Positions 19,363 to 30,234 are shown, counted from the first letter of the stretch. The stretch: DNA of 64,000 nucleotides from Candidatus Omnitrophota bacterium (GCA_043797125.1 JAZDPX010000045.1:8338-72337), one strand, 5' to 3'. Translations and numbers: made by a program. Notes: generated from the sequence alone by a model not told the origin.

Positions 19363-20661
19363 TCATTTTAATTTCTCGCGGCCTAACGCTCTGTATCCGA
19401 TGTCCTTCCTATAATGCATGCCCTCAAAATTTATTTTGCTGCAAGCCTCATACGCTTTATCTATCGCCTGTTTTATGTCAATGCCAAGCGCGGTCACTCC
19501 GAGAACGCGGCCGCCGGTTGTTTTGTATTGAGTATTGAGTCGTGAGTCGTGAGCAACATTAGTGCCGGCGTGGAAAACTACTACGCTATCGAGCTTGTCT
19601 GCTTCATCCAGGCCATTTATATTCGTGCCTTTTTTATAATTTCCCGGATAGCCCCCTGCGGCGCAAACAACGCATACGCAAGGCCTTTTGTCCCATTCTA
19701 ATTTTACATTTTCCATATTGCCGTCTATTGACGCTTCGATTGCATCCATAAGATCGCTTTTAAGCCTGGGTAATATCGCCTGCGTCTCCGGGTCTCCAAA
19801 ACGGACATTAAACTCCAATACCTTTGGCCCGTCGGCGGTTATCATTAGGCCGGCGTAAAGAACGCCTTTAAAGGGCGTACCTGCTTTATACAGTCCGGAT
19901 ATAATTGGTTTTATGATTTCGTCTTGTATTTTTTCGTCTAATTTTTCACTTATAACAGGCGCGGGAGAATAAGCTCCCATGCCTCCGGTATTCGGGCCTT
20001 TGTCATTATCATATATGCGCTTATGGTCCTGGCTCGATGCCAAGGAAGCAAAGCGTTTACCATCGCTTATTACTATTATTGATGCCTCTTCTCCCTCTAA
20101 ACAATCTTCTATGATTATTCTGCTTCCTGCCTGGCCAAAAATTTTGTCTATCATGGTCTGTTTTACTGCGTCAAGGGCCTCGCTTTTATTTTTGCATATA
20201 ATTACGCCTTTTCCTGCTGCTAAGCCGTCTGCCTTGACCACCATGGGCGTTTTTCGTTGGTTTATATGTTCTTTAGCGTCGTCGGGGTTATCAAAAATCA
20301 TAAAATCTGCTGTCGGGACCCTGAATCTTGACATTATTTCCTTAGCAAATACCTTGCTGCTTTCAAGCCGTGCCGTTTTTTTATCCGGGCCGAATATTCT
20401 CAAGCCTTTCTCGTTAAATTTATCCACTATGCCTTCCGCTAAAGGCGCTTCAGGGCCTACAATAGTTACATCTATTTTATTTTGGTTGGCGAAATTAAGT
20501 ATCTTAGGTATATCATCGGCTTTTATATCAACGCATTGCGCTTCTTTCTGCATCCCGCCGTTTCCCGGGGCTGCAAAAATTTTATCTACTCGCCTGCTTT
20601 GCGCTATTTTCCAGCAGAGCGCGTGTTCCCTTGCGCCTGAGCCGATTACGAGAACCTTCAT
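19363..20661 (-). CDS. purD: Phosphoribosylamine-glycine ligase
   Basis: GSGAREHAL, KADGLAAGKGV, QDHKR, NTGGMGAY, EFNVRFGDPE. Confidence 0.97.
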   Translation of the reverse strand: MKVLVIGSGAREHALCWKIAQSRRVDKIFAAPGNGGMQKEAQCVDIKADDIPKILNFANQNKIDVTIVGPEAPLAEGIVDKFNEKGLRIFGPDKKTARLESSKVFAKEIMSRFRVPTADFMIFDNPDDAKEHINQRKTPMVVKADGLAAGKGVIICKNKSEALDAVKQTMIDKIFGQAGSRIIIEDCLEGEEASIIVISDGKRFASLASSQDHKRIYDNDKGPNTGGMGAYSPAPVISEKLDEKIQDEIIKPIISGLYKAGTPFKGVLYAGLMITADGPKVLEFNVRFGDPETQAILPRLKSDLMDAIEASIDGNMENVKLEWDKRPCVCVVCAAGGYPGNYKKGTNINGLDEADKLDSVVVFHAGTNVAHDSRLNTQYKTTGGRVLGVTALGIDIKQAIDKAYEACSKINFEGMHYRKDIGYRALGREKLK

Positions 20662-20667
20662 AGTTTA

Positions 20668-20730
20668 TAGTCATCCACAACCGTAGTCATCCACAACCGT
20701 AGCGGAGCCTTAAGGCTCCGCTACGGTTGT
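20668..20730. repeat. GTAG palindrome copy 3 with a duplicated degenerate DnaA-box arm
   Basis: (TAGTCATCCACAACCG)x2, then the core at 20699-20724. TCATCCACA at 20671 and 20687. Confidence 0.88.
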
Positions 20731-20734
20731 ACAA

Positions 20735-21739
20735 TTAAATAAGTTTTACTTCTCTTTTCCCTCTCACAACCTCACCAATTACCCAAGACTCCATCTTAAA
20801 TTTCACCAATAGCTGCTGCGCCTTCCTAATATCCTTTTTCGGCAACACAACCACCATGCCAATACCCATGTTAAATACTTTATACATCTCTTGCTCGCTA
20901 ACATTGCCTTTTTTCTGTATCAGCTTAAATATTTCCGGCACAGGCCATGAATTTTTGTTTATAACAATAGATAGTCCTTCGGGAATAACCCGGACTACCT
21001 TGCTTTGGAACGAGCCGCCTGTTATGTGGGCCAGGGCTTTTACGTTTACGCGCTTTTGCAGGTGTAATAATTCTGTTGTGTAGAGCCTTGTCGGCGTAAG
21101 CAATTGTTTTGCCAATTTCTTTTGTTCGTTTTTGCTGAATACTTTTCTTACTAAAGAAAATCCGTTTGAATGCAGCCCGCTTGATGCAATACCTAAAACA
21201 GCGTCGCCTTTTTTTAAAGAGCTTCCGTCAATAATATCATTTTTATCTACAATGCCAACGCAAAAACCCGCTAAGTCATATTCGTTGGCAGCATACATAT
21301 CAGGCATCTCTGCTGTTTCCCCGCCCACAAGAGCGTAGCCGGTTTTGCGGCACGCAAAAGATATGCCTTTTATCACATCCTGTAAAACCTTTGGATGAAT
21401 TTTGCCCGTTGATATGTAATCAAGAAAAAATAAAGGCTTTGCGCCGGTTGTTGCAACGTCATTTACGCACATAGCAACAAGGTCTATGCCCACAGTATCG
21501 TGCTTGTTGCACATTTGCGCAATCATAAGTTTTGTGCCTACGCCGTCAGTGCTTGAGACAAGAACAGGCTCTTTAAACCGGCGCTTGTCAATCCCGAATA
21601 AACCGCCGAAAGAGCCTATGTCTGATATGGCGCCTTGGGTCTTGGTCTTTTTTACTAAGCCCTTTATGGCGTCGACAAACTTATCGCCTTTTTCAATATC
21701 CACTCCGGAGAATTTGTATGTAAGTTTTTTAACCTTCAT
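20735..21739 (-). CDS. purM: AIR synthetase
   Basis: TDGVGTK, DLVAMCVND, GGETAEMP, SSGLHSNG, HITGG, FNMGIG. Confidence 0.97.
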   Translation of the reverse strand: MKVKKLTYKFSGVDIEKGDKFVDAIKGLVKKTKTQGAISDIGSFGGLFGIDKRRFKEPVLVSSTDGVGTKLMIAQMCNKHDTVGIDLVAMCVNDVATTGAKPLFFLDYISTGKIHPKVLQDVIKGISFACRKTGYALVGGETAEMPDMYAANEYDLAGFCVGIVDKNDIIDGSSLKKGDAVLGIASSGLHSNGFSLVRKVFSKNEQKKLAKQLLTPTRLYTTELLHLQKRVNVKALAHITGGSFQSKVVRVIPEGLSIVINKNSWPVPEIFKLIQKKGNVSEQEMYKVFNMGIGMVVVLPKKDIRKAQQLLVKFKMESWVIGEVVRGKREVKLI

Positions 21740-23031
21740 AACCTTATCCTTTTAAAAATTGCGTCTATGTTTCTTAAGTAGTACTTCAAATCAAAACACG
21801 CTGTTATCTTGTTCGACTTAAGAATTTTTAGCACCTCTTTATCATTCAGTAAATTATTTTTAAAATCATTCTCCGGGTTTTCCCAGGTCTTCATCGCGTT
21901 TCTCTGCACCAAGACATACGCCTTGTCTCTTAATAAGCCTTCGCTTACAAGCGTATTTAAAACCCTTTGAGAATATATGAGCCCGCCTGTTTTATCAAGG
22001 TTCTGCAGCATCCTTTTCGGATATACAATCAAATGCGTTATTACATCTGCCATCTTATCAAGCATATAATCTATCAATATAGTCGAATCCGGGATTATAA
22101 CCCTTTCAACGGAGGAATGAGAAATATCCCTTTCATGCCACAGGGCTATATTCTCCAATGCCGCGTGCGCGTTTGAGCGCAAAATCCTCGCTAAGCCGGT
22201 GATTCTCTCGCATGTTATTGGGTTTCGTTTATGCGGCATGGCTGAAGAGCCTTTTTGCGTCGGAGAAAAATATTCTTCCGCTTCATAGACCTCTGTTCTT
22301 TGAAGGCCTCTTAAATCCACCGCTAATTTTTCCAGCGTAGCGCCGATAATTGCTATTGTAGCCATGTACTCTGCGTGAGCGTCGCGCTGCACAACCTGGT
22401 TTGAAACGGTAGCGCTCTTTAAGCCTAATTTTTTACAGACATAGTCTTCGATTGCAGGCTCTATATTTGAAAACGTGCCAACTGCGCCTGAAACTTTTCC
22501 CACGCTTATTGTTTCTTTTGCGCGGATCATTCTTTCTATATTGCGTTTGTTTTCTTCGTAATACAGCGCCATTTTAAGCCCAAACGTCGTAGGCTCCGCG
22601 TGCACGCCGTGGGTGCGGCCTATCATAGGGGTATTCTTGTATCTTTTTGCTTTTTGCGACAATGCTTCGCCAAACTGGTCTAAGTCTTTTAAAATAATAT
22701 CTGCTGCGTCTCTCATCTGAAGCGCCAGCGCCGTATCGGTAACGTCGTTGGATGTAAGCCCCATATGAATAAATCGGCCGTCAGGGCCTACGGATTCCTG
22801 CACGCAGGATACAAACGCGGCAACATCGTGGCTTGTCTTTTCCTCTATCTTTTTTATTTTATCGATGTTGAATTTTGCCTTAGCTTTAATATTGCTGAAT
22901 GCGGATTTTGGGATCTTTCCTTTTTTAGAAAGCGCCTCGCATGCCGCTATTTCAACATCCAGCATCCTCTGAAACTTGTTTTTTTCCTGCCATACGGCTT
23001 CCATGCCGGGCAGGGTGTATCGTGGTATCAT
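21736..23031 (-). CDS. purB: Adenylosuccinate lyase
   Basis: MIPRY, GRTHGVHAEPTT, GSSAMPHKRNP, ERDISHSSVER. Confidence 0.97.
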   Translation of the reverse strand: MIPRYTLPGMEAVWQEKNKFQRMLDVEIAACEALSKKGKIPKSAFSNIKAKAKFNIDKIKKIEEKTSHDVAAFVSCVQESVGPDGRFIHMGLTSNDVTDTALALQMRDAADIILKDLDQFGEALSQKAKRYKNTPMIGRTHGVHAEPTTFGLKMALYYEENKRNIERMIRAKETISVGKVSGAVGTFSNIEPAIEDYVCKKLGLKSATVSNQVVQRDAHAEYMATIAIIGATLEKLAVDLRGLQRTEVYEAEEYFSPTQKGSSAMPHKRNPITCERITGLARILRSNAHAALENIALWHERDISHSSVERVIIPDSTILIDYMLDKMADVITHLIVYPKRMLQNLDKTGGLIYSQRVLNTLVSEGLLRDKAYVLVQRNAMKTWENPENDFKNNLLNDKEVLKILKSNKITACFDLKYYLRNIDAIFKRIRL

Positions 23032-23043
23032 AACAGCTCCTTT

Positions 23044-23484
23044 TTATATTTTCGGCAATGCCATCTTCACAAACGCCAGAACAAATAATGCGACTGTCTC
23101 GATAATACCGAGCACCATCATATATTGGGCAAAGCCTTTGCCGCTTTCAACAAGCGCGTCCGAAGCCTTTGCCGCGGCAGCACCCTGCATCCATGCTGAA
23201 ACTCCTATGGCCAAACCCGCAGCAGCACCTAGCGCCATTTGGAAAGGGTAGCTTTCGGGAGGAAGCTTTGCATCCAAAATCGAGTTTCTCACAATCATTC
23301 CGTATAGCGTCTGTGTTAAAGGCGCCCCGACAAAAATAAGCACCATAAATGGCGCCGCTTTATTCTGCATGAAGACTTTTTTCCACGCGCCAATCGCTGC
23401 CATGCCGGCAATGCCGGCCCCTAAGCCGGAACCTACGGCTGATAACGCCAAAGAAAACCCCATGTCGCCTAAACCTTGTATCAT
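23044..23484 (-). CDS. ntpK: V/A-type ATP synthase subunit K (proteolipid)
   Basis: Four TM helices, with PLTQTLYG, WMQG and IIET. Confidence 0.92.
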   Translation of the reverse strand: MIQGLGDMGFSLALSAVGSGLGAGIAGMAAIGAWKKVFMQNKAAPFMVLIFVGAPLTQTLYGMIVRNSILDAKLPPESYPFQMALGAAAGLAIGVSAWMQGAAAAKASDALVESGKGFAQYMMVLGIIETVALFVLAFVKMALPKI

Positions 23485-23521
23485 TTATATACCTCCTGTG
23501 TTAAAAAATTATACTTCTTTA

Positions 23522-23614
23522 ACGCAGATTAGCGCAGATTAGAAGAAACAGATAATCGCAGATAAACATCTGCGATTATCTCGCATCTTTTAATCTGCGA
23601 TAATCTGTGTAATC
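23522..23614. repeat. CGCAGAT/ATCTGCG inverted repeat cluster
   Basis: Several CGCAGATT units followed by inverted ATCTGCG units. Perfect 13-bp stem at 23551-23580. Confidence 0.75.
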
Positions 23615-25412
23615 ATTTTATCTCTTTCCTAAACGGCTCATAAGGCCTGCCTGTCCATTGCATTCCCAGATGCCCGGAAAATTCAAGCATGTTTAGCCTT
23701 ATGCCGTGTACGGCGACCGCCATTAATCCCATTGCTACATTAAGCAAATGCCCAAAAAACAAAATAAACGCCGCAAACAACCCAGCCATAAAGCTCCCCT
23801 TTGCCATACCAAACGACATTTCGTTAAAGATGCCCGACATTATGGTGGATGCATAACCTATTACGAATAACCTAAGGTATGAAACAATATCCGCGAATGC
23901 GCTTACGATCTTTAACGGCAGATCCGCCAGGGTGACAAGCGTACTTTTAAAAATATTCTTACCCGGATTTTGAAATAACGCTATCAAAAGCGCGCCAACG
24001 ATAAACATGTATTTCGCCTGCTGCGGAAAATTAAATTTTAGAATAAGACTGCCCGCCGTAAAAAAAAGGCCCCATATTATCAAAATCCAGCCAGCTTCTG
24101 CCAGCGCGCGCAATGAATTAATAATCCTAAAACCCGCTATTAAATGCGCTATTGTTAAATGCACAGCGCCTATCAAAAAGCAGATAAAAATCATGAAATT
24201 TTGATTCGCGTCGACAAAGCTGTTTAACTTGCCTATCACAAGCGCGTTAAAAAAAGGCAGCTGCGCTATTTTTTCAAAGCCAAACCAGGCGCCTGTGACA
24301 GCGCCCCATATTGTTGTCGCTATGGCAAGCACAAAGCTAAGCCGGAAAAACTGTTTCGGCGCTTTTTTAAATTTTTTCTGCAAAAGCAGCGTAATCAAAA
24401 TAAACAACACACCGTAACCGGCGTCGGCAATAAGCATGGCGAAAAACAAGCTGAAAAATATAAGAAAAAACGGCGTTATGTCGTATTCGTCATATCCGGG
24501 GGTTATATTCATAAAATCGAACACCGGTTTTATTATGCTCGCCCACTTCGGCATTTTTATTAACGTCGGGGCCTGTTGGGTATCGTCTATTTCCTCTATC
24601 AGGTATCCTGCGCCTTGTGACTTTGCCATGGAAATGACTTTGGCGATTTCACCGACAGGGCAAAACCCTTCCATGTATAAAAACCCCTCTTCGTCTTGCG
24701 CGCAAGAGCTGACATTTAAAAAATTATATCTGTTCTTAATATACAAGGCGCATTCTTTAATCCCGGGCAGAAGATATGCCTTTTCTTTAAAAAACTCGCC
24801 CAACCGCTGTTTTCTTTGCTCATATTGCGCAAGCTGATTTTGCAGCGCCTCGAAACTTTCCTTTGGCAGACTTACTTCTTCATAATTTATCTTTTCCTGC
24901 GCGTCATGAGAGATTACAGCTATATACGCGTAAAGCTTATCCTCGGATATAAGATATATGTTTTGCTCATTCTTAACTTTTCTGAAATCTTTTTTTCTCA
25001 CCCTGCATAATTTTATGAATATTCCTTGGGTTTTTAATTCTTCTATACCGGCCGGGTCAAATCCTCCCCACGCAGTAAAATACTCGATTTTATTGCGTAT
25101 ATCCTGCATATCCTTTTGCAGCTGTTCTGCCTCAAAATAAAAAGACGTTATTTCTTTTGCCTGGTTTAAAATTGCCGCGTAGCCTAAATGCCGGTTTTGA
25201 ATTTCTTCCTTGCGCTCGCTTGCATATAAAGAGAGGGCGCTTTGTGCCTTTTCCAGCGCCTGCTTGTTTTCATTCACGTCTTTCAGGCTTTCGGAAGGCC
25301 TTATATATTTTTCTTTTACATGCAGCGCTCCCAAAGCGCGCAATTTAAAAAGAAACCTTTCCTTTTCTTTTTGCGCGACAAAAAGCGTGAGTTTCTTCAT
25401 CCTGACAATCAT
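23613..25412 (-). CDS. ntpI: V/A-type ATP synthase subunit I
   Basis: MIVRMKKL, PGYDEYD, DAGYG, SYLRLF, VHGIRLNMLEF. Confidence 0.94.
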   Translation of the reverse strand: MIVRMKKLTLFVAQKEKERFLFKLRALGALHVKEKYIRPSESLKDVNENKQALEKAQSALSLYASERKEEIQNRHLGYAAILNQAKEITSFYFEAEQLQKDMQDIRNKIEYFTAWGGFDPAGIEELKTQGIFIKLCRVRKKDFRKVKNEQNIYLISEDKLYAYIAVISHDAQEKINYEEVSLPKESFEALQNQLAQYEQRKQRLGEFFKEKAYLLPGIKECALYIKNRYNFLNVSSCAQDEEGFLYMEGFCPVGEIAKVISMAKSQGAGYLIEEIDDTQQAPTLIKMPKWASIIKPVFDFMNITPGYDEYDITPFFLIFFSLFFAMLIADAGYGVLFILITLLLQKKFKKAPKQFFRLSFVLAIATTIWGAVTGAWFGFEKIAQLPFFNALVIGKLNSFVDANQNFMIFICFLIGAVHLTIAHLIAGFRIINSLRALAEAGWILIIWGLFFTAGSLILKFNFPQQAKYMFIVGALLIALFQNPGKNIFKSTLVTLADLPLKIVSAFADIVSYLRLFVIGYASTIMSGIFNEMSFGMAKGSFMAGLFAAFILFFGHLLNVAMGLMAVAVHGIRLNMLEFSGHLGMQWTGRPYEPFRKEIK

Positions 25413-26023
25413 ATTAACGCGATGGCCTCTTGTTTTTTGTGTATTTTTTCTTTTGCTATCTTGCCCCGAACTACAGCGGCTGTCTGTAGATCGGCCAATG
25501 CTATCTGTATCTTTCTTATGCTTTCCAGAGCATTTGGTATTTTTATCTTCTCAAAAAGGTTGACCCTCTGACTTGTTATCCTGAGCTCTTCTCTTATTGC
25601 CTCAAGCTGCCTTTGTAAAATACCGCACTCAACATTGAATTGCACAAGCTCTCTTATTGCTAAAATCGCGTAATCAACCCACAAAGGGGTTTCAAGGACA
25701 TTGTAATCTTTTTGAATAAAATCTATTTTTTCTAAAACAGGTATATCAACGCCGGCGATGCTGCTTGTTGAAATATGCACTTTTTGCGCTCTTATTAATT
25801 GCGAAAGCCCTACGTCCTCTGCAAAAACGTCAACCCACACGCCAACAGAATCGGCAAATTCCTGCCTTCTTGTATCCGCTTCTTTCAACTTGTGCTGTGT
25901 CTTGTTTCTTTCAAGCTGAAGCTGCTGCTTTTTTAACTGCAATGTCGGCAGATACCTGTAAAAGATCTTTAACGCAGCCTTTTGTTTTCTTAATTCAGTT
26001 TTTGTGAGGCTTATCTTTGCCAT
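25409..26023 (-). CDS. ntpD: V/A-type ATP synthase subunit D
   Basis: RYLPTLQLKKQQL, TSQRVNLFEKIKIP. Confidence 0.94.
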   Translation of the reverse strand: MAKISLTKTELRKQKAALKIFYRYLPTLQLKKQQLQLERNKTQHKLKEADTRRQEFADSVGVWVDVFAEDVGLSQLIRAQKVHISTSSIAGVDIPVLEKIDFIQKDYNVLETPLWVDYAILAIRELVQFNVECGILQRQLEAIREELRITSQRVNLFEKIKIPNALESIRKIQIALADLQTAAVVRGKIAKEKIHKKQEAIALI

Positions 26024-26028
26024 AGGAT

Positions 26029-27321
26029 TTACGCCGGCCAGAATTCCTTTATAAGCTCTGTGCGGAAATTGGTTTCCTCCGGCTTAAAACATTGGGCTAG
26101 CATATTCCATCCGTTATCCAAAGCCTCTTCAAGAGGAATATTAACCTTTAAATCCATCATCTGTTTTTCAAATAGTATGCCGTATTTTAAAAGCTTACTA
26201 TCCCACTCACTCATTCTAAAACCCATTGCCCTTTTTTCCATAGTCTCTACATATTCGGCGTAAAGCTGTATCATTGTATCCATAATTGGCCTGTGGTCTT
26301 CGCGGGTATCTTTATTGACAAGCTGTTTTAGCCTGCTTAAAGATCCGAAAGGCTCAATTCTCGCGTTTCTTAAATAAAATTGCCCTTCTGTAATATAACC
26401 TGTGTTATCCGGCACAGGATGAGTTATATCATCTCCGGGCATTGTGGTGACAGCCAGAATCGTAACAGAGCCTGCCCCTTCAAAATCCACTGCCTTTTCA
26501 TATCTTGCGGCAAGCTTGCTGTATAAATCCCCGGGATATCCCCTGTTTGAAGGCACCTGCTCCATGGTAATTGCTATTTCCTTTAACCCGTCGGCAAAAT
26601 TTGTCATATCCGTAAGAAGCACAAGCACCCTTTTGCCCTGTAACGCGAATTTTTCAGCCACTGCCAAAGATAAATCCGGCACCATAAGCCCTTCAACTAA
26701 CGGGTCGCTTGCTGTATGCACAAAAAATATTGCCTTAGTCAGCGCCCCTCCTTCTTCGAGGGTGTTTTTAAAATACATGTACTGGTCGTACCTTAAGCCT
26801 ATCCCTCCCAAAACAATCATATCAACCTGCGCCTGAAGCGCGATGCGCGCAAGCAATTCATTATAAGGCTCGCCTGAAACAGAAAATATCGGAAGTTTCT
26901 GCGACTCTACAAGAGAATTAAATAAATCTATCATCGGAATGTTTGTCCTTATCATCCTGCGCGGGATAATTCTTTTAGCCGGGTTTACCGCCGGAGTCGA
27001 TATTTCAATTAAATTATCTGTTATCGCCGGGCCGTTGTCCCTGGGATTGCCGCTTCCGTTAAAAATTCTTCCCAGCATATTTTGGGAAAACCCGACTTTC
27101 ATCGGATGGCCTAAAAATTTTACCTCTGCTTCTGTTGAAATTCCTTTCGCCCCAGCGAAGACCTGCAGATAAACGGTATCGCCTTCAAGGCGGATAACCT
27201 GGGCGAGAGATTTCGCGTTATGCGTAGAAACTTCAGCCAGCTCCTGGTACGCAATTGCGTCTGCCTTTACGGTAATAACATTGCCTGACATGCTCAGTAT
27301 TCTTGTCGCAACCTTTCTCAT
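26029..27321 (-). CDS. ntpB: V/A-type ATP synthase subunit B
   Basis: [36 protein letters not shown]. Confidence 0.96.
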   Translation of the reverse strand: MRKVATRILSMSGNVITVKADAIAYQELAEVSTHNAKSLAQVIRLEGDTVYLQVFAGAKGISTEAEVKFLGHPMKVGFSQNMLGRIFNGSGNPRDNGPAITDNLIEISTPAVNPAKRIIPRRMIRTNIPMIDLFNSLVESQKLPIFSVSGEPYNELLARIALQAQVDMIVLGGIGLRYDQYMYFKNTLEEGGALTKAIFFVHTASDPLVEGLMVPDLSLAVAEKFALQGKRVLVLLTDMTNFADGLKEIAITMEQVPSNRGYPGDLYSKLAARYEKAVDFEGAGSVTILAVTTMPGDDITHPVPDNTGYITEGQFYLRNARIEPFGSLSRLKQLVNKDTREDHRPIMDTMIQLYAEYVETMEKRAMGFRMSEWDSKLLKYGILFEKQMMDLKVNIPLEEALDNGWNMLAQCFKPEETNFRTELIKEFWPA

Positions 27322-27324
27322 AGA

Positions 27325-29070
27325 TTAACCTTTAAGCCCTTCCTGCTCCGCGCAGCAGCTTAGCATATCGTCTATTACGCGCTCCTGCTCTTTAAATTCC
27401 TGCGACTGCCATGGTTTATAATTCCAGTCTATAAAACAGTGCCGCAGCTGGTAAAAAAACCCTCTTGCCTGCGCCTTGTCCTTAAAAGGAAATTTTATAT
27501 TTAATATTTCGACTATTTTCTTAAAAACATATTCCTGTCTTTCGGCGTTAGTTGCAGCGTCAACCGGGTCAAAACCGTTTTGCTGCAGATAAACAGAATC
27601 CAGGAGGTCGCCTTTCAGGAAAACTATAAAATCCTCTATCGGCGTGCCTTCTTCGCCTACAACCTTCATCATCTGGTCAACTTCGTCCGCCTTAAATAAA
27701 ATATTTCGCGCCGCGTCAACCAGGTCTTTTGCTATAAATGTGTCGTATTTAGACCAGCTTTCCAACGGGTCAACAGCGGGAAACTTGCGCGCATTTGAGC
27801 GCTCGCGCGAAAGCCCGTGAAAAGCTCCGACTACTTTTAATGTCCCCTGCGTTACCGGCTCTTCAAAATTTCCGCCTGCAGGGCTTACAGAGCCGCCGAT
27901 GGTAAGGCTGCCCTCGCCGCCGTCGTATAACTGCACTCTTCCCGAGCGCTCGTAAAAAGACGCTATGCGCGATTCAAGATACGCTGGGTACGCCTCTTCC
28001 CCCGGGATTTCCTCGAGCCTGCCTGAAATTTCCCTCATTGCTTGCGCCCAGCGCGACGTAGAATCCGCCAAAAGCAGGACATCAAGCCCCATCTGCCTGT
28101 AGTATTCAGCTATTGTCGTTGCGGTGTAAACCGAAGATTCGCGCGCTGCAACAGGCATGGACGAGGTATTGCATATAATTATTGTTCTTTCCATAAGAGT
28201 CTTTCCTGTGCGCGGATCCTGAATATGCGGAAATTCCCGCAATGTCTCGACTACTTCGCCTGCCCTTTCTCCGCAGGCAGCGACAATTACTATATCCACC
28301 TCGGCATAACGCGCGGTCAATTGCTGTAATACGGTCTTGCCCGCGCCAAAAGGGCCCGGTATGCAGTATGTCCCGCCTTTAGCAACAGGGAAAAATGTAT
28401 CAATAATTCTGCTTTTTGTTATAAGCGTTTCCTTGGGTGTAAGTTTTTGTTTATACGCTGTAATGGGAATTTTTACAGGCCAGTTAAAAATCATTGTAAC
28501 TTCTATCAGCTTGCCGTTTTCATCTTTTAATTTTGCGATTTTTTCTGTTACCTTGTAATCCGCTTTCGGAGCTATTGTCTCAATTGAGTATTCGCCCTGA
28601 AGATAAAACGGCACCATTATCTTATGCTTAAAAATACCTTCAGGCACAACTCCCAATACGTCCCCTGCCCTTACCGTATCCTTTGGTTTGGCTAGCGGCG
28701 TAAACGCCCACTTCTTCTCAAGCGAGACGGCGTTACGCTCTACGCCGACGGGGAGGAAAAATCCGAATTCTTTTGCAAGTTCAGGAAGCGGGTTCTGCAG
28801 GCCGTCGTAGATCTGGCTTAATATGCCCGGGCCTAATTGAACGGAAAGCATTTCCGATGCAAATTCTATTCTTTCCCCGACTTTTATGCCTTTTGTGTAT
28901 TCAAAAACCTGCAGAAAGGCAAGTTCGCCGTCTATCCTTATCACCTCCGACTTAAGCCTTTTATCCCCAGAAAGCACATAGGCAACTTCGTTTTGCATGA
29001 TATTGCCGGAAAACCGCGCGGTTATCATGTTGCCGCTTACCATTGTGATTACGCCTGTGGTTTTTGCCAT
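27325..29070 (-). CDS. ntpA: V/A-type ATP synthase subunit A
   Basis: GPFGAGKT, CGER, NTSSMPVAARE, DSTSRWAQA, PGEEAYPAYL. Start set at ATG 29070 (AAGGA SD). Confidence 0.96.
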   Translation of the reverse strand: MAKTTGVITMVSGNMITARFSGNIMQNEVAYVLSGDKRLKSEVIRIDGELAFLQVFEYTKGIKVGERIEFASEMLSVQLGPGILSQIYDGLQNPLPELAKEFGFFLPVGVERNAVSLEKKWAFTPLAKPKDTVRAGDVLGVVPEGIFKHKIMVPFYLQGEYSIETIAPKADYKVTEKIAKLKDENGKLIEVTMIFNWPVKIPITAYKQKLTPKETLITKSRIIDTFFPVAKGGTYCIPGPFGAGKTVLQQLTARYAEVDIVIVAACGERAGEVVETLREFPHIQDPRTGKTLMERTIIICNTSSMPVAARESSVYTATTIAEYYRQMGLDVLLLADSTSRWAQAMREISGRLEEIPGEEAYPAYLESRIASFYERSGRVQLYDGGEGSLTIGGSVSPAGGNFEEPVTQGTLKVVGAFHGLSRERSNARKFPAVDPLESWSKYDTFIAKDLVDAARNILFKADEVDQMMKVVGEEGTPIEDFIVFLKGDLLDSVYLQQNGFDPVDAATNAERQEYVFKKIVEILNIKFPFKDKAQARGFFYQLRHCFIDWNYKPWQSQEFKEQERVIDDMLSCCAEQEGLKG

Positions 29071-29081
29071 TTTATTCCTTT

Positions 29082-29561
29082 TTAATAATTTATCGCGCAA
29101 AGCTCTTTGAGCGCGGCTTTGCCTTTTTCCTTGTTAAATGTATCTAGCCTTAAAAGTATCCGCAGTTTAAGAAAATAGATTATTATTTTTGTTATATCAA
29201 AATGATGCGTCGCTTCCTCGTCTTCCAAAAACTGCCAGCGTATCCGCTCAAACGCTATTTCTTTTTCAAGCGGGTTATCCTGCTTAAAGACACCGTTTAA
29301 TATCTGCGGTATTGTTTTTCCGTGCGTGTTTTTTCTGAACCAGCCGAGCGCTTCGCGCAGACCGTTGTCAAACTCTCGCCAGCACGCTAAAAAAGCTCTG
29401 GGCTCTGGGCTGTGGGCGTTACTAGCTTCAAGAAGCCCAAGTTCTTTCTCGCTTAACCACTTCCCGCATTCTGCGAGAAATTCCTCTTTGCCAATCGGCG
29501 CCTTTTTACCAAACTCGAGATACGGCAAAGACGCGACAAGATAATAATATTTATCTGACAT
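29082..29561 (-). CDS. V-type ATPase subunit C-like protein (DUF2764)
   Basis: YYYLVASLP N-terminus, position between E and A. Confidence 0.8.
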   Translation of the reverse strand: MSDKYYYLVASLPYLEFGKKAPIGKEEFLAECGKWLSEKELGLLEASNAHSPEPRAFLACWREFDNGLREALGWFRKNTHGKTIPQILNGVFKQDNPLEKEIAFERIRWQFLEDEEATHHFDITKIIIYFLKLRILLRLDTFNKEKGKAALKELCAINY

Positions 29562-29565
29562 TTGT

Positions 29566-30165
29566 CTATTTGGAGTCCAACAGGCTCGCTAGTTTCGGGT
29601 TTAAGTGCGCCTTAAGCGCGTAAAGAACAGCTTCCTGCGTAAAATCATAATAATAATCTTTCCCCTTTTCGCCTATTCTAAAACCGCTGTCTATGCCGGC
29701 GGCTGCTTTAAAGCTTACGCCCTTTCGCATTTCAGCAGAAAGCTCGCTAAGCAAGGCCTTTTCAATACCGGATTTGTCTTTTTCATTTAACAGGACTTCT
29801 ATATCCGCGATGCCCTGTTTGCTAAAACCCTTCACAGCTTCCAATAACAGATTTTTTAAATCCGCGTCAAGGTGCTTAGCGATATGGTTTTTCAGCACCT
29901 TGTCAAAAAGCTCTGTTATCTGCGACTTCAAAGAAAGTACCGTGTCCCTGGCCGCGTGTTTTAGCGCCTCTTGCGAGGCCTTTTGAAAATCATTGGCCTG
30001 ATTTTGGGCCTGTTTTAAAATAGCGTCTTTTTGCTGGTTTGCCTCTTTGGCAATCTGGCTTGCCTGCGCCTTTGCCTGCTTAATTATTTCATCAGCCTGC
30101 TTTTGCGCTTCTTTTACGCCGTCCTGCTTTATTTTATCGATTAAATTTTGAAGCTGCGCCTGCAT
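29566..30165 (-). CDS. ntpE: V/A-type ATP synthase subunit E
   Basis: LQNLIDKIKQDGV coiled coil, GFRIG..YYYDFT. Confidence 0.9.
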   Translation of the reverse strand: MQAQLQNLIDKIKQDGVKEAQKQADEIIKQAKAQASQIAKEANQQKDAILKQAQNQANDFQKASQEALKHAARDTVLSLKSQITELFDKVLKNHIAKHLDADLKNLLLEAVKGFSKQGIADIEVLLNEKDKSGIEKALLSELSAEMRKGVSFKAAAGIDSGFRIGEKGKDYYYDFTQEAVLYALKAHLNPKLASLLDSK

Positions 30166-30197
30166 TTGAAAGCTCCTTAGGTAAAATCTGCTTTTAA

Positions 30198-30234
30198 GTA
30201 GCGGAGCCTTAAGGCTCCGCTACTTTGTGGATAA
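30198..30234. repeat. GTAG palindrome copy 4 + DnaA box (in the V-ATPase operon leader)
   Basis: Core at 30198-30223, TGTGGATAA at 30226-30234. Confidence 0.9.
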
